This document shows positions 33,820 through 43,928 of a stretch of 58,472 nucleotides of DNA, piece after piece. The position numbers and the translations under genes are program-made. The stretch spans positions 1-58,472 of the forward strand of contig CAJWHW010000010.1 in the NCBI GenBank assembly GCA_913040915.1, given 5' to 3'. The notes under the pieces were generated by a model. The model saw only the letters and a program-made list of their open reading frames with translations. It did no database searches and was not told the DNA's origin. Position 1 is the first letter of the stretch. The number at the start of each line of letters is the position of its first letter. This stretch comes from an uncultured Fidelibacterota bacterium. Lineage in GTDB: Bacteria; Fidelibacterota; Marinisomatia; Marinisomatales; UBA1611.

Positions 33820-35085
33820 TTAATTTGCATTAGCTAAAATTTGATTTATCCGGGTTCTACTTCCTCTAATTTTTAATTTGACCCCACTTTCTTCATATTC
33901 TCTTTCCAATACTTCTACACCTTCCTGAGCCTGAGCAATTGATTTACCGTGATCGTAAGAGAATTTCACATCAATAGTTTGAAAACTTTCTTCCATTTTC
34001 CCTAAAATCCTTGATCGAAGTTCTGATAATCGTAAATGTTCCTGAGCCGAAATTGTTACAGATTTTGGAAATTGTCGCTGACGTTTTTCAATCATATTAT
34101 TATCTGAAATCAAATCAACTTTATTTAAAATAGGAATAATTGGAATATCCATTGCTCCCATATCCTTAAGCACATTTATAATCGTATCCACATGATCTTT
34201 AATTTGCGGAGAAGATATATCTAAGACCATTAAGATTAAATCAGCCTCTAAAACTTCTTTTAAAGTACTTTTAAAAGAAGCAACAAGATTGTGAGGTAAC
34301 TTCCGGATAAAACCAACTGTATCACTCAATAAAATTTGGTGGGAATCATCAAGATTCAACTGGCGTATCGTTGTATCCAATGTAGCAAATAATTGATTTT
34401 GAATATATACATTGGAGCCAGTTAAAGCTTTAAATAATGTTGATTTTCCTGCATTGGTATAGCCCACCAATGAAACACGGAATTCTGACTTCCTGCGGGA
34501 GCTTTGGGTTTCCCGTTCCTTTTCAATTCGTACTAATTCTTTTTTCAACTTTGTAATACGAGTTCGGATTAATCTCCTATCAATCTCAATCTGAGTTTCT
34601 CCCATTCCAGCGCGCGTTCCTATTCCTCCCATTTGACGCTCTAGATGAGTCCATTGTCTAGTTAATCGAGGGAGTAAATATTCAAAATAGGCTAAATCAA
34701 CCTGTGTCCGGGCTTCCTTTGTACGAGCACGTTTTTGAAAAATATCCAGAATAAGACCGCTACGATCCAAAACTTTTATTTTTTCCGACATTTTATGATA
34801 ATTCTTTATTTGTGCGGGACTTAATTCATTATCAAAAAATATAAGTTTCACACCCAATTCTTTTGCCTGATTTATAATTTGATCTGCTTTCCCCCTTCCT
34901 ATAAATGTCGCCGGGTTAATCTTTGATATTCTCTGCGTAATTCGTCCCTCAATTTGTGCACCTGCTGTATCTGCCAACAATTCTAACTCATCCAAATGTT
35001 CATGAATTATCTCATCCGTCATGCCCGGCTGAACCACTCCTACTAAGAGTGCTCTTTCTTGCTCCACCTGTTCTCGATTTATCAT
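33820..35085 (-). CDS. hflX: Ribosome-splitting GTPase HflX
   Basis: LDELELLADTAG, ELSPAQ, GETQIEIDRR, VGYTNAGKST, LFATLDTT, DTVGFI, NKVD. Confidence 0.97.
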   Translation of the reverse strand: MINREQVEQERALLVGVVQPGMTDEIIHEHLDELELLADTAGAQIEGRITQRISKINPATFIGRGKADQIINQAKELGVKLIFFDNELSPAQIKNYHKMSEKIKVLDRSGLILDIFQKRARTKEARTQVDLAYFEYLLPRLTRQWTHLERQMGGIGTRAGMGETQIEIDRRLIRTRITKLKKELVRIEKERETQSSRRKSEFRVSLVGYTNAGKSTLFKALTGSNVYIQNQLFATLDTTIRQLNLDDSHQILLSDTVGFIRKLPHNLVASFKSTLKEVLEADLILMVLDISSPQIKDHVDTIINVLKDMGAMDIPIIPILNKVDLISDNNMIEKRQRQFPKSVTISAQEHLRLSELRSRILGKMEESFQTIDVKFSYDHGKSIAQAQEGVEVLEREYEESGVKLKIRGSRTRINQILANAN

Positions 35086-37148
35086 TTTTCGTCCGATTTC
35101 ATTTTGAAAAGTTCAGGCCGTCCAATTATTGTTTCAGCAAGTAAAAGCATAATTGCCAATGTTAAGAAAATTTTCCATAGAGATTTACCATGTCTTGTTT
35201 CACTAAAGACTTGTGCAAAGTTTCCTTTCATTGTTAACCATTTAGTCTGATTTGATGACAAAATAGGTTCCAGTTCTTCTTCTGAAATTCGTCGTTTGAT
35301 ATATTCCAATCCGTGAAGCCGTGTTGGAAAAGAAGAAAATAATTCACCGTTTGAAAAAACGCTGTAAATACCCAATTCATCCGTGGTTGTGATCAGGATT
35401 CCTTCTTTATCATAATCAGGTGCAATCATTTCTATTTTACCAGAAGGTGAAACCACTTCCCATTTATTCCGAAGGCTACTTTCTTTAATAGAAATCCATT
35501 TAGGAGAATTTATTTGAACTGAAGAAGTGTTGATTTCGTCCGTTCCTGTTAATACCAACAAACGATACATTAAGGGAACCAGCATACCGCGAATGGCCAG
35601 ATCATTCCAACGTAAATCAAGTAAAGTTGAAAAATAAAATATTTTTCCACTTCCCTTTGAAAATTCCATTAATAGAGGATCCCCATTATTCAGGGTCCAA
35701 TGATTCTTTTGCTTCAAATTTGACTTGACGTTTAAATAAGTGAATACTTCAGGTAATTCGTTTTTCATATTTCTTACCTGCAGATCCTGAAAGATATCTG
35801 AATGGTCACCTGCAATCTCTGTAAAGAAAAATCCCTGACCAGCATTTATCATTATTTCAGGGACTGGAAAACCAATATTATTGAATAAATTAATATGGAA
35901 ATTGTTTTTATCATCATCTCCCTGGAACCAAATAACACCTCCTCCTAATTTTAGAAATTTTTCTAAATCTTCCACTCCTGATTCCGTAATACTTTTAGGG
36001 TTATGAATAATGGCAACATCTATATCATCTAGGAATAAACGATTTATGGATGGTTGTAATCTTGAATCGATTGATAAGAATTCATTATTAGGATCGATAG
36101 CACGAAGAACCATTTCAAAAATAGCTATATCATCATTATTCGATCCGATAATTCCACATCGAATTTGTTCCATTATCGGCATTGACAAATACCAGCGATT
36201 ATCTAATTCATAATCATCTTTCGGCAATTGAATTTTGCCATGGACTATACCCATCTGCGATGGGTATGCCTGGAAAAGAAATTCTTTTTCCTTACCTGGT
36301 TTAAATTCTGAAACAACCTGGCCTACTCGATGGTTATTAAATAATAATTCCAGAGGAATATTAGGTTTTGGAAGTTGACCTGAATTCTCTATTCTAGTAT
36401 TTAACTTTACTAATTGGCTAAGGGTTTTTATTCGATTAAGTGATGCTACTGACTTTATGGATAAGTTATCATACACAGTCCCTGGTTCAACCAAATAGAA
36501 TTTCCAATCTTTCAATCCCGAAACTCCTTCCAGAAATGAAGAATCAGGTTTATACATAAAATCACTGAATATAATACATTCTTTTACAGATTCTCCATTA
36601 TCATCTGATGCTAATAGTTTGTTTATTTTTCCCCAGAGCTCATCATGTATCACTGTTGTTTCAATTGAATTTATACTTTTCTCAAAATCAGGATTATGGG
36701 ATGAACCCTGAAATAAAATCTCTGGTGGACAAGTTTGAGCTAAGGTAATCCTAGTATCTTCATTAAAAATTGGGATCAGAGTTCTTGCTTCATTTTTCGA
36801 TTTTTCCAGAAATGTTTGATCACCATCTTTTACATTCATGCTGGCAGAGTTATCAATTACAATAACAAGCCTGGCATCTTGTTCTGCAGCCAGCCATCCA
36901 GATATGAATCCCTTTGTAACCGGCTTCGCCATCATAAAAATCAAACAGACAATAGCTAATACTCTTAATATCATTAAAATAATTTTCTGTAGCTTGATTT
37001 TACGAATAGAACTGGTTTTCAGCTGTTTAATAAATTGGATAGTGCTGAATTCTACTTTATTAATTCGCAAATGGCTTAAAAAATGAATAATAATTGGGAG
37101 GCTGACTGCTGCTAAAAACCAGAGAGCAGAAGGAGATAAAAAAGTCAT
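35082..37148 (-). CDS. BatA N-terminal domain / vWA domain membrane protein
   Basis: MTFLSPSALWFLAAVSLPIIIHFL..., MIDAS-like IDNSASM, IIFSDF, C-terminal TM LWKIFLTLAIMLLLAE. Confidence 0.88.
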   Translation of the reverse strand: MTFLSPSALWFLAAVSLPIIIHFLSHLRINKVEFSTIQFIKQLKTSSIRKIKLQKIILMILRVLAIVCLIFMMAKPVTKGFISGWLAAEQDARLVIVIDNSASMNVKDGDQTFLEKSKNEARTLIPIFNEDTRITLAQTCPPEILFQGSSHNPDFEKSINSIETTVIHDELWGKINKLLASDDNGESVKECIIFSDFMYKPDSSFLEGVSGLKDWKFYLVEPGTVYDNLSIKSVASLNRIKTLSQLVKLNTRIENSGQLPKPNIPLELLFNNHRVGQVVSEFKPGKEKEFLFQAYPSQMGIVHGKIQLPKDDYELDNRWYLSMPIMEQIRCGIIGSNNDDIAIFEMVLRAIDPNNEFLSIDSRLQPSINRLFLDDIDVAIIHNPKSITESGVEDLEKFLKLGGGVIWFQGDDDKNNFHINLFNNIGFPVPEIMINAGQGFFFTEIAGDHSDIFQDLQVRNMKNELPEVFTYLNVKSNLKQKNHWTLNNGDPLLMEFSKGSGKIFYFSTLLDLRWNDLAIRGMLVPLMYRLLVLTGTDEINTSSVQINSPKWISIKESSLRNKWEVVSPSGKIEMIAPDYDKEGILITTTDELGIYSVFSNGELFSSFPTRLHGLEYIKRRISEEELEPILSSNQTKWLTMKGNFAQVFSETRHGKSLWKIFLTLAIMLLLAETIIGRPELFKMKSDEK

Positions 37149-37735
37149 ATTACCATTCCATAGGTCATGATAATGCCACCAGTTAAAGGTATAGTCAGGT
37201 TGTCATTCAAAGGGATTGGAGCCAATTCAATCAACATTGCACCGATGGCACCGAGAATTATAATTTCTGCTGGTACTATTGTATTGAAGCATAACCCCGC
37301 GATACTGGATGTTATTATTCCCGCCAATGTTCCAGATAAGGATTTTTCTCTTATTAGGCCAATGGGCAGGGATTTTCCTACAATAGCAGAAAATGTATCA
37401 CCGACGGTTAAAAATAGTAATGCAGGAATTGCAATATATTTTGGAAATAAAAAAATTGTAAGGGTGGAGCCAAATAAAAGCCATGTTGCACCTGTGATGC
37501 TACCTTTGCTCTCTTTGGTTCGCATCATAAATTGAAAAAATCTCTCAAAAATAGATTTAATGAAATCCCATTCCCTGCGGAAAATTTCCAAAAGAATAGA
37601 TATTAAACTTATAGTGCCTAAAATAAAAATCATCAATTCACGGTTCTCTATAAAGAATAGATATCCTAGTGGGATAAATGAAGCAGACAAATGAAGTACT
37701 TTTCGTGAAATTTCTATTGATAGTTTGGACTTCAC
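37145..37735 (-). CDS. CTP-dependent polyprenol/phytol/diacylglycerol kinase family (SEC59/DGK1/VTE5-like)
   Basis: EISRKVLHL, GDTFSAIVGK, KSLSGT, NDNLTIP. Confidence 0.88.
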   Translation of the reverse strand: MKSKLSIEISRKVLHLSASFIPLGYLFFIENRELMIFILGTISLISILLEIFRREWDFIKSIFERFFQFMMRTKESKGSITGATWLLFGSTLTIFLFPKYIAIPALLFLTVGDTFSAIVGKSLPIGLIREKSLSGTLAGIITSSIAGLCFNTIVPAEIIILGAIGAMLIELAPIPLNDNLTIPLTGGIIMTYGMVI

Positions 37736-38487
37736 TTGTCAATCATCTGGTTGAAAATATCCTGCATATCCAATACACTGACTGTGAGGTCTATCTTTGA
37801 TGGTTTTTCTAAAACTGTTTCAGCCGGAATAGACTGATCTAATACTGTGTAAGGAATTAGATCTTCATTTTGTCGGTAAAATATTTTTCCAAGACGGAAA
37901 CCCGCTTTTTCAATATCTATAACAGCTTTTTTCTTACTCAAACCAAATAAATTAGGTACTTGGAAAAAATTTGGTGGCACCCCTAAACTAATAGTCAAGT
38001 GAAGTCCCATTCCCTTATTTAATAAATCGCCACCCTTTGGATATTGCCAAGTCACATTTCCTAGTGGTACATCTGAGTTATACTCCTCATAGACAGTATC
38101 AATCTCCAATCCCGTCTGATTAAGTACCAATTCTGCACTTCTTAAGGAACGCCCAATTAGATCAGGTATAGATACCATTTTTTCCGGATGGGCAATTTTG
38201 AGCCTAACAGTACGACCTTTTTTTACTTTTGTATTTGGAGTTGGATATTGATCTATGATTGTTCCTGCTTCGTAAGATGCAGTGTATAATGTATCTGAGA
38301 CTAGACTCTTGTAACCTTCTGAAGACAATACTTTTTCTGCCTGTAATAAAGATTTTCCCGTCACGTTGATCATATATCGACCAGCACCTTTGCGTATATA
38401 GCCTGGCATCAGTACAAAATCAAAAAGAAGGATGACAGTGAAACTCAGACTTCCAAAAATGATAAGGTAACTAGTATATTTTTTCAT
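37732..38487 (-). CDS. Membrane-anchored PASTA-repeat protein with no kinase domain
   Basis: One N-terminal TM and three PASTA-like repeats (NVTGKSL, IPDLIGRSL, VPNLFGLS; DQYP, WQYP, DQSI). Confidence 0.9.
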   Translation of the reverse strand: MKKYTSYLIIFGSLSFTVILLFDFVLMPGYIRKGAGRYMINVTGKSLLQAEKVLSSEGYKSLVSDTLYTASYEAGTIIDQYPTPNTKVKKGRTVRLKIAHPEKMVSIPDLIGRSLRSAELVLNQTGLEIDTVYEEYNSDVPLGNVTWQYPKGGDLLNKGMGLHLTISLGVPPNFFQVPNLFGLSKKKAVIDIEKAGFRLGKIFYRQNEDLIPYTVLDQSIPAETVLEKPSKIDLTVSVLDMQDIFNQMIDK

Positions 38488-39803
38488 TACAATCTTTTAA
38501 TTTTTGCTGAAAACATCCCATCAACGCCATGGACATGGGGTAAAGTTTGAAAACATCCCTTTTCATTAATCCATGCTTTTGGAAGACTAGATGGTCCCGG
38601 TATTAATTGGAAATCAGCGTTTAAATTAAGGAAGTCTTTAATTACGTTCCAATTCTCTTCAGGTTCTAAAGAACAAGTAGCATAGACCAAGATTCCACCT
38701 GAATGCAGATAATTTGCCATATGCTCTAGGATTTGAAATTGTAACTTTGCTAAGTTTTTGATATCCTGGAGTTTACGACGCCAACGTATATCAGGTTTCC
38801 GACCCAATACACCAGTACCACTGCATGGTGCATCGATTAAAATTTTATCTGATTTTGGGAACTCATCCTTTCTAGCATCTTTAAGAGACCATATGATATT
38901 TGATCGATTATGACGATTTAGATCATTTTTCCCGAAGTTGACTCTTTTATTATCAAAGTCTGTTGCCAATACTTTTCCTAAATCGCCTACTTTTTCTGCG
39001 ATATATAGCGACTTGGTTCCCGGTGCAGCACAAACATCCAGTACAGTATCACCAGGCTGTGGATCTAAAAAATCAACAACTGCACCTGCTGCAGGATCCT
39101 GAATAGAAATTTGTCCAGTTTTAAAAAGTTCTGTTGATAAGATTTTTCCGGAACCAGATTTCACCTTTAAAAAAGTATTGAAAAATTTATCAGTTTTGAT
39201 ATCTGATTCTGCTAGTTCTTTTTGGATATCAATTAGTTCTTTTTGGGAAATATCAACCCTAATATATGTATTGGGAGCTCGATCGAATGCTTTTGCCAGT
39301 TTGTCAAATTCTTTTTTTCCAAATCGATCTGTCCACTTCTCATACAGCCAATTTGGAAGTGAATACCACCTCGGGTCTTTTCTTAACTGTCTTTCCCATT
39401 CAGTTTTTCTTTCAATAGTTCTAATCAAATTTCTCAAGGCAGCATTTGTAAACCCTGATGCTTTTCGATTTAAGATTGACTTTGTCAAACTGACAGCAGA
39501 ATTAACTGCAGCATAATTTGGTATATTTTGATCATAAAGAATCTCAAAATATCCGATTCTCAGAATAGAATGCAAAGACGGGTCTAGATATTTCAACTTT
39601 TTTCCGGTTATATACTCGATGAAAAGATCCAGCCTATCTTTAAGCCGAATTATCTCACTGGTAAGGATCATTGACCTAGATTTTGAAATTAAGTCAGGTT
39701 TGAATTGAGAAAAAATTTTGTTTCTAACTATACTTAACTTCTCTTTTTTTTTTTCAAAACGATTCTGAATTTTTACAGATAAAAACCGTGCATTTGAATT
39801 CAT
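38487..39803 (-). CDS. rsmB: 16S rRNA m5C967 methyltransferase
   Basis: NusB-like N-domain; IQDPAA, VLDVCAAPGTKS, ILIDAPCSGTG, LVYATCSLEPEEN. Confidence 0.95.
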   Translation of the reverse strand: MNSNARFLSVKIQNRFEKKKEKLSIVRNKIFSQFKPDLISKSRSMILTSEIIRLKDRLDLFIEYITGKKLKYLDPSLHSILRIGYFEILYDQNIPNYAAVNSAVSLTKSILNRKASGFTNAALRNLIRTIERKTEWERQLRKDPRWYSLPNWLYEKWTDRFGKKEFDKLAKAFDRAPNTYIRVDISQKELIDIQKELAESDIKTDKFFNTFLKVKSGSGKILSTELFKTGQISIQDPAAGAVVDFLDPQPGDTVLDVCAAPGTKSLYIAEKVGDLGKVLATDFDNKRVNFGKNDLNRHNRSNIIWSLKDARKDEFPKSDKILIDAPCSGTGVLGRKPDIRWRRKLQDIKNLAKLQFQILEHMANYLHSGGILVYATCSLEPEENWNVIKDFLNLNADFQLIPGPSSLPKAWINEKGCFQTLPHVHGVDGMFSAKIKRL

Positions 39804-40729
39804 TCGCCTAGTTGATCTCCTACATAAAATCGGTTTCCTTTCATAAATTCTGAGATATTCATTCGTTTTTTACCTTCTAATTGGACCTCTGAAAATGCTA
39901 AAAGATGTTTTCCAGTACTTACTGAAATTTCGTTGTTACTAATTGTAAAAATTTTTCCTGTGTACATAATGTCATTTTCATTCACAATCTTTGTATTGAA
40001 AATACGAAGTCTTTTACCATTCCATTTAGTAAACATTCCAGGAAATGGTGTTAAACCTCGTATCCAATTGTGGATCTTTTTTGCTGGCCAAGTCCAATCA
40101 ATTATAGTCATTTCTTTCGTAATTTTTGGTGCTCTTGATGCATTACTATGATTTTGAGAAATTGGTTTTATTGACCCATCTTTAATCCCTTTTAAAGTAT
40201 CTATCATTAAAGATGCTCCTTTATTGCATAATCTTTGTCCTAATGTGAAGAAATTATCATTAAGCTCAATATTGAACTCTTTTTGAAATAGAATTGCTCC
40301 TGTATCCACTTTTTTTGAGATTTGAAAAATAGTCACACCCGTTGATTCATCCCCATTCATAAGTGCCCACTGTATCGGCCCTGGGCCCCTATATTTAGGT
40401 AGCAAAGAAGCATGAAGATTGACCGCACCAAACTTGGGAATTTTAATCAACGATTGTGGTAGGATTCGATAGGCAACTACTACAAATATATCTGGATTTA
40501 ATGAAACTAATTTTCTATAGATATTAGTTGATTTCAGTGATTCAACTTCAATCAAGTTGAGGTCATTATTCTTAGCATATTTTCCGACTGCAGTAGACTG
40601 CAACTTCCGGCCTCTCCCCATATGCTTGGGTGGATTAGACACAACACCAACTACTTCGTAATTAGATTCTTGTAGTTTTTTCAGGGTTGGAATAGCAAAT
40701 TGAGGGTTACCCATAAAAACAATTCGCAT
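39800..40729 (-). CDS. fmt: Methionyl-tRNA formyltransferase
   Basis: MRIVFMGNPQFA, NLHASLLPKYRG, VDTG, IRGLTPFPG. Confidence 0.97.
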   Translation of the reverse strand: MRIVFMGNPQFAIPTLKKLQESNYEVVGVVSNPPKHMGRGRKLQSTAVGKYAKNNDLNLIEVESLKSTNIYRKLVSLNPDIFVVVAYRILPQSLIKIPKFGAVNLHASLLPKYRGPGPIQWALMNGDESTGVTIFQISKKVDTGAILFQKEFNIELNDNFFTLGQRLCNKGASLMIDTLKGIKDGSIKPISQNHSNASRAPKITKEMTIIDWTWPAKKIHNWIRGLTPFPGMFTKWNGKRLRIFNTKIVNENDIMYTGKIFTISNNEISVSTGKHLLAFSEVQLEGKKRMNISEFMKGNRFYVGDQLGE

Positions 40730-40762
40730 TAAATAGCTCCTGAATCAGTCTGTTTAAAAAAA

Positions 40763-41314
40763 TTAAAGCACAAACCCCTTTTGAATTGAACGATTTTTTT
40801 GGCGTATTTTTGATTTTTTTTCTAATTCTTTTAATTCATTTTGGTACTGAATCCGTTCGACTTCACCAACACGATCAATAATAAAAACACCATTTAAATG
40901 GTCCATTTCATGTTGAATAGCTCGCGATAATAACCCTCCAAATTCATCTTCATGCCATTTTTGATCTGGAGTTTGATATTTCAGGATTACTTTTTCGGGT
41001 CTCAAAACATCCAAGGCAATTCCAGGCATAGATAAACAACCTTCTTGAAATATGCCATCTTCTCCAACTTTTTTAACAATATCTCCATTAATAAAAACAT
41101 GAGGTACTTCCGCTTCCTCTGTATGAGTTACATCGATAATAAATAAATTCATATCAAACCCAATCTGGTTAGCCGCTAAACCAATTCCGTCGGCTTCATA
41201 CATGGAATCAAACATATCCTCTAAAATGGTTTCCAATCTAGAAAAATCCTGAAATGGTTTACATTTTTTTCGGAGAATTGGATCTCCGTAATGAACAATT
41301 TCCATCATAGCCAT
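40763..41314 (-). CDS. def: Peptide deformylase
   Basis: GIGLAANQ, EGCLS, QHEMDHLNG. Confidence 0.98.
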   Translation of the reverse strand: MAMMEIVHYGDPILRKKCKPFQDFSRLETILEDMFDSMYEADGIGLAANQIGFDMNLFIIDVTHTEEAEVPHVFINGDIVKKVGEDGIFQEGCLSMPGIALDVLRPEKVILKYQTPDQKWHEDEFGGLLSRAIQHEMDHLNGVFIIDRVGEVERIQYQNELKELEKKSKIRQKNRSIQKGFVL

Positions 41315-41643
41315 TAGGCCTGTTCTAACTCCCCATCTTTTACTTTATCAGCTAAACCTACAATGGCAGTTTTATTGATTGTCATATTCGTATTATTATC
41401 AATTTTAATGACCGCCAAACGGCCTTTTTCTTTAAATCCTTGCACTGTTCCATATATACCGCCCATAGTGATGATTTTGTTACCCTTTTTTAATCCTTCC
41501 CGCATAATTTCTTTTTCTTTTTGTCGTTTTGTCTGAGGCCGAATCATTAAAAAATAAATAATGAACATAATCAGGATGAAAGGTAGAAATGCGGCTAAAC
41601 CACCGCCCTGTCCTGGTTGCGCTGCTGCATATAAATAATTCAT
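41314..41643 (-). CDS. yajC: Preprotein translocase subunit YajC
   Basis: IYFLMIRPQTKRQK, LKKGNKIITMGGIYG. Confidence 0.97.
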   Translation of the reverse strand: MNYLYAAAQPGQGGGLAAFLPFILIMFIIYFLMIRPQTKRQKEKEIMREGLKKGNKIITMGGIYGTVQGFKEKGRLAVIKIDNNTNMTINKTAIVGLADKVKDGELEQA

Positions 41644-41813
41644 TTTTTCCCTTTAATAATTAGTGTAGAAATTACCTTTTCTACTAATAGAACCCAATCC
41701 CTTCCATAAATTCTTTAAATATTTAATAATCCAGTTTTAGTATTAATATAAGGCTATGGGAAAGATCAAACTGCCTATTTGGGATAAAACCTAAAGGTTT
41801 GGCATCTTTCTAT

Positions 41814-42680
41814 TCATTTTAATGGTATTCTGAATTTATCTTTTGTTGCCGATTTGTTTCCAATCAATACAATTCCAATATCTCTGAGATCAATAGAAGT
41901 AGAAACTCGCTCGTCGTTTTCTATTTGAGTCCATGCCTTTCTCATACCTGAAGACCAGGAGATATCATCAAAGATAATGACTGCTTCATTTGAAAGATTT
42001 GGGAGTGATTTAATAAAGTAATTTATAACTGCATTGTGGTCATGATGCCCATCATTGAAAAAGAAATCAATAGGCTTTGAAGTCTCTAGTACATTAGATA
42101 ATGTTTTATGAAATGGGCCAGTAACAACTGATGCTTCTTTAAGTTTCATCACTTCAAGCGTTTCTTGCGCAATTTTTGCAACTTCAGGAGAGCCTTCAAG
42201 TGTAACTAAGTTACCTTTACCATTAATCTTGAGTGCAGCAGCTTGATAAGATGCAGAAATGCCAACACATGAACCGAGTTCCACACAAGAAACTGGTTTT
42301 AACTTTCGAACTAATTTAAAAAGAAAAGTTGCCCAAAAAGATTGTTTACTAGCTCTACAAATATCAGAAATCTTCAGAGATGATTCAATGCCATTTTCCA
42401 TCTCTTCTTTTGTCCTATTTAATCTAGATTTTCCTGCTCCATAATCAATTACAGAAATCTTTTTTTCAGTACTAAGGAGTAATAATCGCCGTTTCTCAAC
42501 TAAATTTATAAATTCTAATTCTTTAGGAGATAAGGAATTAGAGAGTGTCTCAGATAGCGCATTTCCTATCGCTCTTATTTTTTCAGAATTGTGTAATGAG
42601 AGCTGTTGTATTGATGATTTAGCTTTATACCTAAGAAATTTCTGAATAGGCGCTTTAAAATAATTTTTGATGATCAACAT
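41814..42680 (-). CDS. Class I SAM-dependent (O-)methyltransferase, Methyltransf_24-like
   Basis: VELGSCVGISA, TLEGS, FFFNDGHHD, IIFDDISWS. Confidence 0.9.
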   Translation of the reverse strand: MLIIKNYFKAPIQKFLRYKAKSSIQQLSLHNSEKIRAIGNALSETLSNSLSPKELEFINLVEKRRLLLLSTEKKISVIDYGAGKSRLNRTKEEMENGIESSLKISDICRASKQSFWATFLFKLVRKLKPVSCVELGSCVGISASYQAAALKINGKGNLVTLEGSPEVAKIAQETLEVMKLKEASVVTGPFHKTLSNVLETSKPIDFFFNDGHHDHNAVINYFIKSLPNLSNEAVIIFDDISWSSGMRKAWTQIENDERVSTSIDLRDIGIVLIGNKSATKDKFRIPLK

Positions 42681-42750
42681 TCCATCTTTTTATTCATTTT
42701 AGCATCAATAAAGTTAAAGATTAAAAACTAATATTAATTTTCTAAAATAT

Positions 42751-43920
42751 CTATTTCAAAAGGGTTACATCTATAACTGTACCCTTCCCTTGTGATGATT
42801 CAATTACTTGAATTGTACCAGTATGTATATCTTCTATTATTCTGGAAGAAAGTGAGAGTCCCAAACCCCATCCAGTTTGTTTTGTACTAAATCCAGGTCG
42901 AAAGATATTTTTCCAATCTTTTTTGGGAATTCCCTTCCCATTATCTTGAATTCGTATTACTACAGCATCACTTTTCTCACGGAGAGAAATTTCCACTTTA
43001 CCATCTTTCCTATCAATAGCATCTATCCCATTTCGTATTAAGTTTTCAATTGACCAAGTAAGTAAAGATCCATTTGCAATAATTTTAATCCCCATCTGGA
43101 TATCATTGATTAATTCTACTTTTTTACCAAGCGAAGGCAAACGCTTTTTTAAATAATTCAAAACACGCTCCAATCTTTCTGAAAGATCAAATTCCTCCAT
43201 TTCTGTCTGTGAACCCATTTTGCTAAAACGACGACCAATCTGTTCTAGGCGTTGAAGATCGGCTTCAATTTCAGGTATCAAATCTTCTGTTTTTTCCGGG
43301 TGATCTTTAAGCCAATCTACCCAACCTAGAAGAGCAGATACTGGTGTTCCTAATTGGTGGGCAGTTTCACGGGCCATACCAACCCAAATATGCCGCTTTT
43401 CATTGTTTCGAATAAAAGTAAAACCTGTAAATCCGAGAAATATAAAAAGTCCAATTGCAATAATTTCAATATAGCTCCACCACTGAAGCTTTTGCACAAT
43501 TGATGAATCACCATAATGAAGAAATCCAAATGTAATTTCACCCACATTTTCATCTTTATAAGTAAGGGGTATTGGCTCATTTAATTTATCCATCGCAGCC
43601 ATGAATTTTTGTCTGTCTTTTGGAGTCTTTAGATTATCGGAGAGATTTTTCCACATCTGTATGTTGTGATTGCTGTCGGTTTGTATCAGAGGAAACTTTA
43701 CCTTTTTGATGATATGATCGAAAACAAAATCCAGATTGGCATCATTATCATCCTGAACAGTGTTAGCAATTATTTCTGCATAAAGCCTAACTATTTCACG
43801 ATTATCATTTCGTAATTCATTTACTAAAATTTGAGTATAGGAAAGTAGACCAATAACAAGGATAATTCCCAAGATGAATAAACCAGCTTTGATGTTGCCC
43901 GTATGTTTATAAAGATTCAT
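42751..43920 (-). CDS. Membrane sensor histidine kinase (likely start 43920; the ORF-track extension to 44019 overlaps the YfhO gene)
   Basis: Two TM helices, H-box ARETAHQLGTP, ENLIRNGIDA, DNGKG, FSTK..GWGLGLS. Confidence 0.93.
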   Translation of the reverse strand: MNLYKHTGNIKAGLFILGIILVIGLLSYTQILVNELRNDNREIVRLYAEIIANTVQDDNDANLDFVFDHIIKKVKFPLIQTDSNHNIQMWKNLSDNLKTPKDRQKFMAAMDKLNEPIPLTYKDENVGEITFGFLHYGDSSIVQKLQWWSYIEIIAIGLFIFLGFTGFTFIRNNEKRHIWVGMARETAHQLGTPVSALLGWVDWLKDHPEKTEDLIPEIEADLQRLEQIGRRFSKMGSQTEMEEFDLSERLERVLNYLKKRLPSLGKKVELINDIQMGIKIIANGSLLTWSIENLIRNGIDAIDRKDGKVEISLREKSDAVVIRIQDNGKGIPKKDWKNIFRPGFSTKQTGWGLGLSLSSRIIEDIHTGTIQVIESSQGKGTVIDVTLLK

Positions 43921-43928
43921 TATAACAT

